NCBI GenBank assembly: GCA_037142615.1
Contig: JBAXAI010000001.1
Coordinates: 128,001-192,000, forward strand
DNA length: 64,000 bases
From: Spirochaetales bacterium
Lineage (GTDB): Bacteria > Spirochaetota > Spirochaetia > JABEVK01
Reading direction: 5' to 3'
Made by a program: the position numbers and the translations under genes. Positions within the stretch are counted from its first letter, which is position 1. Each line of letters begins with the position of its first letter. Of the stretch, positions 24,349-34,127 are shown piece by piece. The notes beneath the pieces are model-generated. The model saw nothing but the letters and a program-made list of their open reading frames with translations. It did no database searches and was not told the DNA's origin.

Positions 24349-25752
24349 ATGGCAGAAGAGGGTTCTGAGGTCTTCCTGACGATCGGTGGTGACGAAGGCG
24401 GCGCGCGAGTGGACGTCTTCGTCGCACCCGATGGCATGAAGTGCTGGGGTGTTTTTTCTCCCCCCACCGAAGCGGAAGGCAAATTGTTGGTGTTTTCGGA
24501 CATTGTGGACGCCTTGCAGAACGGTGGTATCACGCACGGACTTCAGGACCGCGCCGTCCAGGAAGCGATTTTCCATTGCAACATGGAAAAAATGCGACTC
24601 CCCGAGGTTCCTTTGGCGATCGGCACCACGATGCTCAAGGAGCGCCCCGCCTTCCTTAAGTTGGAAACCCACATCTATTCCCACCACTTTGACAAAGAAA
24701 AGGCCGTTCAGGTCGATTTCAAGGAATACACTCCCTTTGTCATCGTCAAGAAAGGCGAACTTCTGGCACGGGCTGTACTTCCCCAGGGCGGGCGACAGGG
24801 AACGACGGTTTTTGGTGTCGAGATTCCCGCAGGAAAGAAAGAAATAAAAATGCTCAAGCCGGGTCCGAACACCTTTTTCGCCCACGGCAAGGTGTTTGCA
24901 CGGTTGGCTGGCCGGTTTGTTCTCGAGAACGAAAACTTCGACGTCTCCGATTTGCTCGAGATTGCGGGTGGTGTCGACTACTCGACGGGGAACCTCGTCT
25001 TCCCGGGTTCCATTATCGTGAAAGGCGTCGTTCAGGATGGCTTCAAAATCGTGGCCGGCGGCAGCATCACCGTGCACGAAACCTTGGACGCTTCGGAAGT
25101 CATGTGCCGCACCGACCTGAGCTGCAACGGCGGCATCATCGGAAAGAAACCGGGTCTGGTCCGTGTCGGGGGTAACGTCAAGGCGCTCTTTGTGGAAAAC
25201 TGCCAGATGGATGTGCTGGGCAATGCCCATTTCTCGAAGTCTCTGCTGCACACCCGACTTTCGGTCAACGGGAATCTCACGTTCGACGACGGCGGAAGGA
25301 TTGTATCGAGCTCGATTACGGTCAAGGGAAACCTCTTCTGTACCCAGTTGGGCAACGAAAATGGACCGTGTCATGTGATCGCCGGAACCGATTTTGTGGT
25401 CTTGCGAAAGATGGAAGGGATTCGGGCCAAGTACAAAGATGTGGAAGAAGAACTCTTCAAGCTCAAGGCCCGATTGGCAGAGTTGGGAAAAGAGAAGTTC
25501 GCCGACGCTGAAAAAGACCTCAAAAAGGCGATGGAAACGCTGGTCTCCGAGATGAATCAGCTCACGCCCCAGTTGTTCAATCCCCAAGAAACGAGTGTCA
25601 GGGTCAGCGGCCTCGTCCACGAAGGCACGGTGATCGAGATGGGCTACGCGCGCCTCCAGATCGATGACAAAATCAAGGGGAAGACCTTCCGGCTTTCCCC
25701 TGATCAAAAATCGATCCTGGTTGAGAAGTTCGAGAAGGTCGAAAAGGCCTGA
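24349..25752 (+). CDS. FapA/DUF342 family protein (flagellar assembly protein A-like)
   Basis: VKKGELLA, GTTVFG, VDYSTGNLVFPGSIIVKGVVQDGF, beta-helix region and C-terminal coiled coil. Confidence 0.88.
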   Translation: MAEEGSEVFLTIGGDEGGARVDVFVAPDGMKCWGVFSPPTEAEGKLLVFSDIVDALQNGGITHGLQDRAVQEAIFHCNMEKMRLPEVPLAIGTTMLKERPAFLKLETHIYSHHFDKEKAVQVDFKEYTPFVIVKKGELLARAVLPQGGRQGTTVFGVEIPAGKKEIKMLKPGPNTFFAHGKVFARLAGRFVLENENFDVSDLLEIAGGVDYSTGNLVFPGSIIVKGVVQDGFKIVAGGSITVHETLDASEVMCRTDLSCNGGIIGKKPGLVRVGGNVKALFVENCQMDVLGNAHFSKSLLHTRLSVNGNLTFDDGGRIVSSSITVKGNLFCTQLGNENGPCHVIAGTDFVVLRKMEGIRAKYKDVEEELFKLKARLAELGKEKFADAEKDLKKAMETLVSEMNQLTPQLFNPQETSVRVSGLVHEGTVIEMGYARLQIDDKIKGKTFRLSPDQKSILVEKFEKVEKA

Positions 25753-25767
25753 CGGCTTAACTCAGCT

Positions 25768-26754
25768 TCAGGTCCAAGCCTTCATCACTTCCAGATACAA
25801 ACGGTCGCTAGCATTCTTGTCGACCTCGCTCACCAGAGCCTTGCCTGTGTCCAGATACCGGAACACGGCCGTGTACTTGGAGGTGCCAACTCCTTCGGCG
25901 ACGGCAAAACCTTGCTTTGAGTCCTTCAGTACGCAGGTTTCACCCTTGGAAGTCACAAAGGTCAGTTCAAACCCGTGTTCCAGAGTGCCCGGATCGCTGT
26001 GCTTGAGAAACACCTTTCGCTGGCCTGAGGTCAGTTCCCACGTTTGTCCGGTACTGCCCGACTTGCCCTGCCATTCCAGCTTCACTTTAAGCCACTGAAA
26101 GAACAATTCCACTTCGCTCCGGTGGCCACCTTTGAACTCAACGGACACCAGATCGTGGAGTTTCTCGCGCATTTCTGCGGGGTTGAAGAAGTTGGCCGTC
26201 AGCTTGAGCAGAGGGCCGATCCGCACCCAGGAAAAGTCGCTCACCGCGGTGTTCAGCGAGGGAAACTTGCGCGAAAAGTCAGCGTAAAACAGATGAGCGT
26301 CGGGAACACCACGGGTATCGACAAAGCATCGGTCTGCGATCCCGTCGAAAAGTTCCGGAACCGGGGCGTCCTTGAGCGGCGATAGCCACCAGACGAAGAC
26401 GGGAATGTCGCGGATCAACAACGGAGTCCAGAACTCGGGACTCGCGCCAGCCCTGTCGTCACCCGAGTAGATGACGATTTCCTGGATGCACATCACCTTG
26501 TCGTTGGCATCGGCCATGCAGCGGGCCGAGACGTCGGTTCGGGTCTCGCCACCCGCATGGCGCCGAACGACCACCACGCGTGACGGGCGCTTGCCGTGTA
26601 GGTAGTTCAACGCTTCGATTAGGCGCACATCGTCGAAGTTCTCGGTGTATACCACCAGGTTGAAGAGGTTGGTCCGCGCCTCGTTGGGCGAAAACTCCTG
26701 CTGATTCTTGCGCAGTTCGGCCTCGACGGCCACTGGGTCGGCGTAGCGGTTCAT
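25768..26754 (-). CDS. opcA: G6PD assembly/effector protein OpcA
   Basis: RTNLFNLVV, RPSRVVV, PLLIRDIPVFVWW, DFSWVRI; ATGA overlap with zwf. Confidence 0.85.
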   Translation of the reverse strand: MNRYADPVAVEAELRKNQQEFSPNEARTNLFNLVVYTENFDDVRLIEALNYLHGKRPSRVVVVRRHAGGETRTDVSARCMADANDKVMCIQEIVIYSGDDRAGASPEFWTPLLIRDIPVFVWWLSPLKDAPVPELFDGIADRCFVDTRGVPDAHLFYADFSRKFPSLNTAVSDFSWVRIGPLLKLTANFFNPAEMREKLHDLVSVEFKGGHRSEVELFFQWLKVKLEWQGKSGSTGQTWELTSGQRKVFLKHSDPGTLEHGFELTFVTSKGETCVLKDSKQGFAVAEGVGTSKYTAVFRYLDTGKALVSEVDKNASDRLYLEVMKAWT

Positions 26755-28244
26755 AGTTTTCTCCACTTGACGCCGGAAGACGCGGCGAGTTCTTTGGCCT
26801 CTTCCGGACCGGCGCTACCGGCCTTGTACTGGGGCAGGGGTGACGGGTCATCGGCCCAGCCCTGAAGGATTCGGGTGATGAAAGTCCAGCTGGCCTCAAT
26901 TTCATCACGTCGGGTATAGAGCGTGGAGTCACCGACCAGACAGTCGAGGATAAGTCGCTCGTACGCCTCGGGAGTGGATTCGCCAAAGGTATTGCCGTAA
27001 GCGAAGTCCATGTTCACTGGGCGAACTTGCGTCAGGTAGCCGGGAATCTTTGCGTTGATGCTGAAGGTCACTCCTTCGTCGGGCTGGATGTGGATGACCA
27101 ACTGATTGCTTCCACCGTCGGTGGCCTGATTCTTGAAGATCTGCAACGGGGGTTGCTTGAACGTGACCGCGACTTCGCTCATTCGGCGGGTCATGCTCTT
27201 GCCCACGCGGATAAACACCGGGACACCTTCCCAGCGCCAGGTATCCAGGAACAACTTGAGCGCGACGAACGTCTCGGTCTGCGATTTTGGAGAAACCCCG
27301 TCTTCCTGGAGGTAACCCTTGACCGCCTTTCCTTGGGTTATGCCTGGGGCGTACTGGCCTCGTACGGTGAAGTCCCGAACATTTTTGTGGGTAATGGGCC
27401 GCAGGCTCTTGAGCACCTTGACCTTCTCGGTCCGAATGGTGTCGGGGCTCAGGTCATTGGGCGGCTCCATGAGCAGCAGGGTCATGATTTGAAAGATGTG
27501 GTTCTGCACCATGTCTCGCAACGTACCGGATTTTTCGTAGTAGTTGCCACGCGTGCCCACACCAATAGATTCGGAAACCGTGATCTGGATGTTCTCAATG
27601 TAGCGGTTGTTCCAAAGCGGCTCGAAAATGCCGTTGGCGAAGCGCAACACGAGAATGTTTTGCACCGTTTCCTTTCCGATGTAGTGGTCGATTCGGTAAA
27701 TCTGGTTTTCTTCCAACTGACTCGAAAGGATATCGTTGAGCTCGCGCGCCGTGGCCAGATCGCGACCAAACGGTTTTTCGACAATGACTCGGCTATAGCC
27801 GCCGGGTGACTTGTTGAGACCGGCGGCCCCTAGGTTGCGTACGATGTTCTCGTAGTCATCCGGAGGGGTCGACAGGTAGTAGACCTTGTTGTCCCAAACG
27901 TTGACAACCTTGGCCAGACGCGAATAGCCGTCGGCATCGTCGAAGTTCGAACTCACAAAGTCGAGCTTGTCGAGAAAAGCGCGCTTCTGGGCCTCGGGGA
28001 CATGGGCATAGTGGCCGATGGCCAGCATGCTCGCGGCTTCGGTCTGGAAGGTTTCTTTGGTCCACGGTCGCCGTGCAAAGCCTACCACCTGAAACTGGGA
28101 AATATTGCCCTTAAGGAACAACGAAAACAGCGCGGGGATGAGCTTTTTGCGGGTCAAATCACCGGTCGCACCGAAAATCGTGATAACGAAGGGAGAGGGT
28201 TCTTTGGCGAACTGCAGGCCGTCCAGCAATGGGTTGGAAAACAT
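26751..28244 (-). CDS. zwf: Glucose-6-phosphate 1-dehydrogenase
   Basis: GATGDLTRKKL, EKPFG, YRIDHYIGKE, RDMVQNH. Confidence 0.98.
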   Translation of the reverse strand: MFSNPLLDGLQFAKEPSPFVITIFGATGDLTRKKLIPALFSLFLKGNISQFQVVGFARRPWTKETFQTEAASMLAIGHYAHVPEAQKRAFLDKLDFVSSNFDDADGYSRLAKVVNVWDNKVYYLSTPPDDYENIVRNLGAAGLNKSPGGYSRVIVEKPFGRDLATARELNDILSSQLEENQIYRIDHYIGKETVQNILVLRFANGIFEPLWNNRYIENIQITVSESIGVGTRGNYYEKSGTLRDMVQNHIFQIMTLLLMEPPNDLSPDTIRTEKVKVLKSLRPITHKNVRDFTVRGQYAPGITQGKAVKGYLQEDGVSPKSQTETFVALKLFLDTWRWEGVPVFIRVGKSMTRRMSEVAVTFKQPPLQIFKNQATDGGSNQLVIHIQPDEGVTFSINAKIPGYLTQVRPVNMDFAYGNTFGESTPEAYERLILDCLVGDSTLYTRRDEIEASWTFITRILQGWADDPSPLPQYKAGSAGPEEAKELAASSGVKWRKL

Positions 28245-28250
28245 ACCTCC

Positions 28251-28300
28251 AATTTAAGGGCAAGGCCGGGCTTTTACAAGCAAAAAAAAAACCGTAGAAT
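28251..28300. promoter_or_regulatory. Overlapping divergent promoters for zwf and murI
   Basis: Minus: TTGTAA-17-TAAATT-6 nt-ATG(zwf). Plus: TTTACA-16-TAGAAT-6 nt-ATG(murI), with an A10 run in the spacer. Confidence 0.6.
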
Positions 28301-28306
28301 GGGCCC

Positions 28307-29134
28307 ATGGATCGTCGTCCCGTAGCGGTTATTGACTCTGGAATCGGTGGCCTGCCGTATCTTGACTGGTTGCAGGAACACCTTCCCCTGGAGCGCTTTG
28401 TTTATGTCGCTGACCGACGCAATTTCCCCTACGGAGAGAAAACGCCCCAAAGGGTCCGTGAGGCCGTCGCTCAGCTTTCGCGCGACCTGTTGGAACATTA
28501 CCAGCCCAAGCTCATGGTGGTGGCCTGCAACACCGCCTCGGTTCTGGCACTCGATCATCTTCGCTCTGTGTTTCCCGGCCCAGTGGTAGGGGTGGTGCCG
28601 GCCGTGAAGACCGCGGCAGGGCGAACTCGCAACGGGCGTATCGGCGTGCTGGCTACCCAGCGGACCATCGAAGGCGGCTATCTGGAACGGTTGGTCGCGG
28701 AGTTCTGCCCAGGTCGCCAGGTTTCCTGCTGGGCCGCCGGTGACATCGTGACGCTGGTCGAAGATGACCCGCTCAAGCCCGATCCCGAGGCGCGCGAGCG
28801 CATTCTGAGTCATTGGGCCTCGGTGGTGCGTGAGTTCGGTGCCGACACGTTGGTCCTCGGCTGCACCCACTTTTTGCATGTGACCCGGGAACTCCAAGTC
28901 CACTTGGGTCCCGAGGTGGTTCTGCTCGACAGCCGTGAAGGCGTGGGCCGCCGCGTAGAAACTCTGCTCGATCAAGGTGGCTTGCAGAGCGTGGCCCGAA
29001 GTGCCCGATCGGTGTTGCACTTTACCGCAGACCCGGCGTGGCCTGAGGCTGAACTTGCCGCGCACGAGGGCAAGTACCGGCACTTCGCGGCCCAATTCGG
29101 TCTGGAATACGGCGGACCCTGGAGTCGCGCTTGA
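28307..29134 (+). CDS. murI: Glutamate racemase
   Basis: DSGIGGL, FPYG, VACNTAS, LGCTHF. Confidence 0.96.
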   Translation: MDRRPVAVIDSGIGGLPYLDWLQEHLPLERFVYVADRRNFPYGEKTPQRVREAVAQLSRDLLEHYQPKLMVVACNTASVLALDHLRSVFPGPVVGVVPAVKTAAGRTRNGRIGVLATQRTIEGGYLERLVAEFCPGRQVSCWAAGDIVTLVEDDPLKPDPEARERILSHWASVVREFGADTLVLGCTHFLHVTRELQVHLGPEVVLLDSREGVGRRVETLLDQGGLQSVARSARSVLHFTADPAWPEAELAAHEGKYRHFAAQFGLEYGGPWSRA

Positions 29135-30078
29135 CCGGCACGATCCATTGGGGCATCAACAACATCTTCGCGGTCCGGGGCAATGACGACGGGGTGGGTC
29201 AGGACCTTTGGGAGTGCCGGTTGAAGGGTAAAGTCCTCAAGGACGCCGAAGACGAGTACAACCCCCTTTCTCCGGGTGACCGTGTGGACTTTGAACCCGA
29301 CCCCGACCACGCCGGCAAGGGCATGATCAGCGCCCGCCAGCCTCGCACCAACGCCTATTCGCGATGGAACAAAAAACGCAACTGCCCCCAAACGCTGGCC
29401 GCCAACCTCGACCTGCTGGTGCTGGTCACCTCGCCGGTGTCTCCCCCGTTTCGTCCGCGGTTTCTCGACCGTGCTCTCCTGATGGCCGGGCGCGAGGACC
29501 TCGAGGTTCTCATCGTGGTGAATAAATGCGACCAGGGAGTCCCGGACGACGTGGAAGACCGCCTGGCCGAGTACCAGGACCTCGGCTTTGACGTACATTT
29601 GTGTTCGTCCCAGACCGGGGAAGGCATCACGGAACTCCAGGAACATCTGAAGGGGCTCACCAGCGCGCTCGTCGGCCAGTCCGGGGTAGGTAAGTCGAGC
29701 CTTCTCAATGTTCTCCATGTGGGTTCCCGGCAAAAAGTCGGTGAACTTTCGGCCAAGCACAACCGGGGCAATCACACGACCAACTTCAGTCTCTACTACC
29801 CGTGGGATGTGGGCAGCCCGGCAGCCGGGGGACTCATCGACACTCCGGGCGTGAGAGAACTCGAAGTCTTCGGCATCGAAGCGGCGCAGTTGGCGTTTGC
29901 CTGGCCTGAGTTTGCGCCGTTCTTGGGCCAATGTGGCTTCAATCTGTGTTCGCACACCAAAGAACCCGGCTGCGCGGTGCTCAAGGCCCTCGAAAGTGGC
30001 GATATTCATCCCGACCGTTGGGACAACTACCAGAAACTGTACTTAGAGTTGCAGGAAGCCGAGCGCCGATGGACCTGA
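29131..30078 (+). CDS. rsgA: Ribosome small subunit-dependent GTPase A
   Basis: NKCD, GQSGVGKSS, RGNHTT, DTPG and C-terminal zinc finger CGFNLCSHTKEPGC. Confidence 0.95.
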   Translation: MTGTIHWGINNIFAVRGNDDGVGQDLWECRLKGKVLKDAEDEYNPLSPGDRVDFEPDPDHAGKGMISARQPRTNAYSRWNKKRNCPQTLAANLDLLVLVTSPVSPPFRPRFLDRALLMAGREDLEVLIVVNKCDQGVPDDVEDRLAEYQDLGFDVHLCSSQTGEGITELQEHLKGLTSALVGQSGVGKSSLLNVLHVGSRQKVGELSAKHNRGNHTTNFSLYYPWDVGSPAAGGLIDTPGVRELEVFGIEAAQLAFAWPEFAPFLGQCGFNLCSHTKEPGCAVLKALESGDIHPDRWDNYQKLYLELQEAERRWT

Positions 30079-32450
30079 CCACTTTCGAGACCCTCGAGTT
30101 TCCACGGATCCTTGCCCAGGTGGCCGACTGCTGCATGACCGCCGAAGCCGCCCGCGAGCTGCCGCTGCAGCCTGTGCTGACAAACCGACAGGAGCTTCAG
30201 TCGCTTCAGGCCGAGGTGAAGCCGCTGCTGACCCTTTTGATCCGGGTCGCCGAACTCCCGGCGGCCGATTTTCCCGAAGTGGAAGGAGCCCTCGAGCGTT
30301 GCGGGCCGGAGGGAAGCGTGCTCGACGGTCAACAGCTGAAAGCAATCGCCCGCTACCTCAGCTCTGCCTCGGTGTGGAAACGTTTTTTGGCGGCCCGGGA
30401 AGAAGAATCACTCAAGGTCTGGGCGCTGCGTTTGGGCGACCATAGCGCCGTGGCCCAAGCTGTCCACCAGGTTCTCGATGCTACCGGTCAAGTGATGGAG
30501 GAGGCCGTGCCGGCTCTGATGCACCTCCGGGGTGAAATCCAGCGTACACGAATGGACATCGACACCACCGCGCGGGGTTTCTTGAAAGACGTCGGCACCC
30601 ACGACCTGTGGCAGGATTCTCCCCCAATTCAGCGGGATGGCCGGACAGTTCTTTCACTCAAGAGCAACTTCAAGGGGCGGATCGCCGCCGTCGTTCACGA
30701 GGCCTCGGCTTCGGGGGCGACGCTGTTTGTGGAGCCCTATGAGCTGGTCGAAAAGAACAACCGTCTGGCCGAAAACCATTCCGCTTGGAAGGCCGAGCTC
30801 GCACGGCTGTTTCGTGAACTGACGGCCCAGATTCGAGAGCACCGCGAGGCAATCCTCACCACCGTGGCTAACTTGACCTGGCTCGACAGCCGCTTGGCCC
30901 GTGCCCGTTGGGGGCTGCGTTTCCGTTGTGAGTTTCCTTCGCTGGCCGTGGCCGGGGAAGGTTGGCAACTCCTCCAGGCCCGGCACCCTTTACTGGGAAA
31001 CTCGGCTGTGCCTGTCGATCTGGTGATGCCACCCCATACCTCGATCCTCTTGCTTTCGGGGCCCAATACTGGCGGCAAGACGGTCAGCCTCAAGACGGTG
31101 GGCCTGCTGAGCCTTCTCCATCAGTTCGGACTTCCGGTTCCCGCTGCGGCCGAAAGCCGGTTGCCACTTTGGGACGCGGTGTTCACCGACGTGGGTGACC
31201 ATCAGTCGCTCGACCAAGCTCTTTCGACGTTCTCGAGCCACATGGACCGCATGGCTCAGGTATTTCGCGGTACTTCGGCCCAATCGCTTGTCCTGCTCGA
31301 CGAGATGGCCAGCGGCACCGATCCCCAGGAAGGTGGGGCCCTTGGGATGAGCTTCCTGGAGCACTTTCTGGGAACCGGAGCAACAGTGCTCGGGACTACC
31401 CACCACGGTGCGCTCAAGAACTTTGCCTTCACTCGCGCTGGGGTCAAGAATGCTTCGGTCGAGTTTGACGCCGCCTCGGGCAAGCCCACCTACCGGATCG
31501 TTCCCGATGTGCCGGGCACTTCGTACGCGCTCGAGACGGCTCAGCGGGTGGGGATTCCTCAGGCTCTGGTTGACCGGGCCCGGCAGATCCTCGAAGGCGG
31601 TGAAACCGACGTGGCGAAGGTGATCACCACGCTCCGCGACAAGCAGCGGGAACTGGCGGAAAGGGAAAAAGAGCTGGCCCTGCGCGAAGCGGGGTTTCAA
31701 GACACCCGACGCAAAACCGACCTGCTGGCGCTGCGCCTCAAACAACGGGAGAACGAGCTCAAGGAGTCTGGCCTCGGTGAGGTGAACCGCTTCCTTTCCG
31801 ACAGTCGAAAGGCCTTCGAGAAGTTCGTCAAGGACATTCGCGAGGGCGAAAGCTTGACGACCGAGAAGATCAAGCAGGTGCGGGGCTTTTTGGCCGAAAC
31901 CGCCGAAACGCTGGCCGCGCAAAAGCAGCAGCTCGAGCAGGAGCGAGTCGACTCTCCTGCCGAAAGACCAGATCCTACTACAATCGATCCCACGCCCGCT
32001 GACGAATGGCAACCCGGCCAATTGGTGGCGGTTGATCCCGGCAATCAGCGCGGGACCCTTCTGCGCCGGGCCGGACGCGACCGCTACGTCGTGGCCATCG
32101 GGTCGGTGAACCTCACGGTGAAGTTGACCCAATTGAGGGCCATCCGTCAAACCACCAAGCCCCCGCGCAAAGTGGAGATTTCGACCTCGGGCCTCGGCAC
32201 CGGCAGTTCGGCTGTCTTTTCGCTTGACCTGCGCGGGCAACGCCTTTCCGAGGCTGTAGAACGGCTCGAGAAGCAGGTCGACGCCGCTCTCTTGTCGGGC
32301 CTGGGCGAGTTCTCGATCATCCATGGACTCGGGGAAGGGGTGCTGCAAAAGGGAGTCCAGGACTATTTGAAGGGGCGTCGTGAAGTTCGCAAGTTCTTTT
32401 TTTCGCATCCCGAGGAGGGCGGTTACGGCAAAACCATCGTTCAGCTTTAG
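30069..32450 (+). CDS. mutS2: Endonuclease MutS2 (RqcU-like) with Smr domain
   Basis: GPNTGGKT, LSTFSSHM, LLDEMASGTDP, TTH; C-terminal LDLRGQR..IIHGLGEGVL. Confidence 0.95.
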   Translation: MDLTTFETLEFPRILAQVADCCMTAEAARELPLQPVLTNRQELQSLQAEVKPLLTLLIRVAELPAADFPEVEGALERCGPEGSVLDGQQLKAIARYLSSASVWKRFLAAREEESLKVWALRLGDHSAVAQAVHQVLDATGQVMEEAVPALMHLRGEIQRTRMDIDTTARGFLKDVGTHDLWQDSPPIQRDGRTVLSLKSNFKGRIAAVVHEASASGATLFVEPYELVEKNNRLAENHSAWKAELARLFRELTAQIREHREAILTTVANLTWLDSRLARARWGLRFRCEFPSLAVAGEGWQLLQARHPLLGNSAVPVDLVMPPHTSILLLSGPNTGGKTVSLKTVGLLSLLHQFGLPVPAAAESRLPLWDAVFTDVGDHQSLDQALSTFSSHMDRMAQVFRGTSAQSLVLLDEMASGTDPQEGGALGMSFLEHFLGTGATVLGTTHHGALKNFAFTRAGVKNASVEFDAASGKPTYRIVPDVPGTSYALETAQRVGIPQALVDRARQILEGGETDVAKVITTLRDKQRELAEREKELALREAGFQDTRRKTDLLALRLKQRENELKESGLGEVNRFLSDSRKAFEKFVKDIREGESLTTEKIKQVRGFLAETAETLAAQKQQLEQERVDSPAERPDPTTIDPTPADEWQPGQLVAVDPGNQRGTLLRRAGRDRYVVAIGSVNLTVKLTQLRAIRQTTKPPRKVEISTSGLGTGSSAVFSLDLRGQRLSEAVERLEKQVDAALLSGLGEFSIIHGLGEGVLQKGVQDYLKGRREVRKFFFSHPEEGGYGKTIVQL

Positions 32451-33015
32451 CGCTTCAGTTTGGCAGGTCCTACTTCTCGGTGGTTGTCTGTTGCTCTCCG
32501 GTTGCCTTGAACTCAAGGTCACCGTCACGTTCAAGACGGGCTCGACGGGTACCGTGGAAATCGAAGGTGTGAAAGATCACCTGTCCGATGGGCTGGACTG
32601 GCAGGGGTTGGTCTTTCCCAGCAGCCGCGTCGAGTGGGCGGCCATTGTCGCACAAAGCCCGGGATCCTCGTTCACGAGCTTTGAGGCCGTTGCTGACGAT
32701 CTGGGCACCCACACCAAGACCGTGCTCGGGTTCTCCACTTCTCGAGGGCTGGAAAGTCTGTTCGTCAGTTTCAAACAGAAACTGACTTTGCTGCAGGATG
32801 CCCAGGGAAAGACGACCCTGACGTATGCTCCGCTGGTCCCGAAGCTTTCGGCTGCTGCCGCCGAAACCCGCAAGTTGTGGATCGACCTGTGGGGCGACAC
32901 CCAATGGTCCCTCAAGATTCTGCCTCCCAACAACGCGTCGGCTGCGGTCTATGCGGTTGCACTTCGCGATTTTGCCTCAGAGAAAGCCCCGGCCGAGTGG
33001 AAGCTCAACTGGTGA
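32380..33015 (+). CDS. Hypothetical lipoprotein (LppM-like); start uncertain
   Basis: Lipobox LLLSGC followed by LELKVTVTFKTGSTGTV; start GTG 32380 or ACG 32425. Confidence 0.65.
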   Translation: MKFASSFFRIPRRAVTAKPSFSFSASVWQVLLLGGCLLLSGCLELKVTVTFKTGSTGTVEIEGVKDHLSDGLDWQGLVFPSSRVEWAAIVAQSPGSSFTSFEAVADDLGTHTKTVLGFSTSRGLESLFVSFKQKLTLLQDAQGKTTLTYAPLVPKLSAAAAETRKLWIDLWGDTQWSLKILPPNNASAAVYAVALRDFASEKAPAEWKLNW

Positions 33016-33041
33016 GCGCCACCGGGGCCTTTTTCCAAAGC

Positions 33042-33070
33042 TTGACCTCCCGGGTTCTTGTGTCTATCGT
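33042..33070 (+). promoter_or_regulatory. Sigma70-like promoter upstream of the helical-protein/uvrA/lptD run
   Basis: TTGACC-17-TATCGT, 10 nt before ATG 33081; no SD. Confidence 0.5.
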
Positions 33071-33080
33071 CAGACTTGCC

Positions 33081-34124
33081 ATGAACGGTTTCCGCTGGTC
33101 CTCGTTAGCAATGCTCCTCGCCTTGGGCGGCTTCGGTTACTCGCAAGTTCCCTCGGAGCCAGCTAGCCTGCCTTCCTGGGTGTTGCTGGGTTTGGGTAAA
33201 CGGTCAGCCGAGCAACACCAGTACGGTGACGCCGTGGTTTCGCTCCGGAAGGCTGTCGACCGGCGCGGACTGTACCCCGAGGCCGAGATCCAGCTGGCCA
33301 CGATTGCGGGCCTCAACGGCAATCCGGCGCTGCAGGAATCTCTGCTCGAAAAGGCGTTGGCCGAATCCGGCCTGCTTCAGGTTCCGGAAGACCGGTATAC
33401 GATTCTATACGCTTTGGCCGACTTGCGACTCAAAACCGAAATCCCCGGCGGCATTCTCAAGGGGGAAAAAGCCCTCGAAACCTGGCGAGAAATTCTGCGC
33501 GACGACACTGTGTACCAAGCCGCTCAGGAATCCGGCGGACTCGAAGGCTATTATCGAGCCCTGCTCGTGCCCAACAGTCCCATTGTCCTCAAGACCTCGA
33601 CCGGTCCCGGCCTGAACGAGAGCTTTGTCGGGCTCAACCGTGTGCTCTACCTGTATAGGCATCCTTTGTCCTTCTCGTTGGTGGCCCATGAAAAGATCGC
33701 CGCGCTTTCGCTGGAAAACCGGGCCTACAAGGCGGCGGCGGCGCAGGCCTTGTTCGCGTTGACGGCCATTTTCAGCACCGTACTCGACGAAGTTCGGGTT
33801 TTTCAGCCCGACTACGTGTTCCGCGATCTGAAAGAACTGTTTGTCGATTCCACCTCGCCTGTTTTTCTGGGGAGGTCCACGTTGGCAGACACTTCGACCC
33901 CAGGCGGTCCCAACCCCGGCTGGTTGGTCCGCTATCAGCCGATCTGGGACTACCTACGCGACTCGGGAACCAAGCAGACCCTCGACACCTTGGCCAAGGC
34001 CCTGGACGGGTTGGCGGCCCAGGAAAAAACCGGCGACCGGGACAAGACTCTGAGGCCCGCGGCCGAAGTGGCGGCCGAAATCCGGCAGTGGCAGAAAATC
34101 CTCTTTTCCCCGGGAGCTCGCTAG
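33081..34124 (+). CDS. Exported TPR-like hypothetical protein
   Basis: Signal peptide [21 protein letters not shown]; TPR-like [21 protein letters not shown]. Confidence 0.7.
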   Translation: MNGFRWSSLAMLLALGGFGYSQVPSEPASLPSWVLLGLGKRSAEQHQYGDAVVSLRKAVDRRGLYPEAEIQLATIAGLNGNPALQESLLEKALAESGLLQVPEDRYTILYALADLRLKTEIPGGILKGEKALETWREILRDDTVYQAAQESGGLEGYYRALLVPNSPIVLKTSTGPGLNESFVGLNRVLYLYRHPLSFSLVAHEKIAALSLENRAYKAAAAQALFALTAIFSTVLDEVRVFQPDYVFRDLKELFVDSTSPVFLGRSTLADTSTPGGPNPGWLVRYQPIWDYLRDSGTKQTLDTLAKALDGLAAQEKTGDRDKTLRPAAEVAAEIRQWQKILFSPGAR

Positions 34125-34127
34125 GCC

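Noticed and set aside
33016-33036. Possible terminator after the 32380 lipoprotein
   Set aside because: Stem too short and imperfect despite the T run
34060-34127. LexA/SOS box before uvrA
   Set aside because: Only 3 nt of intergenic space and no recognisable box
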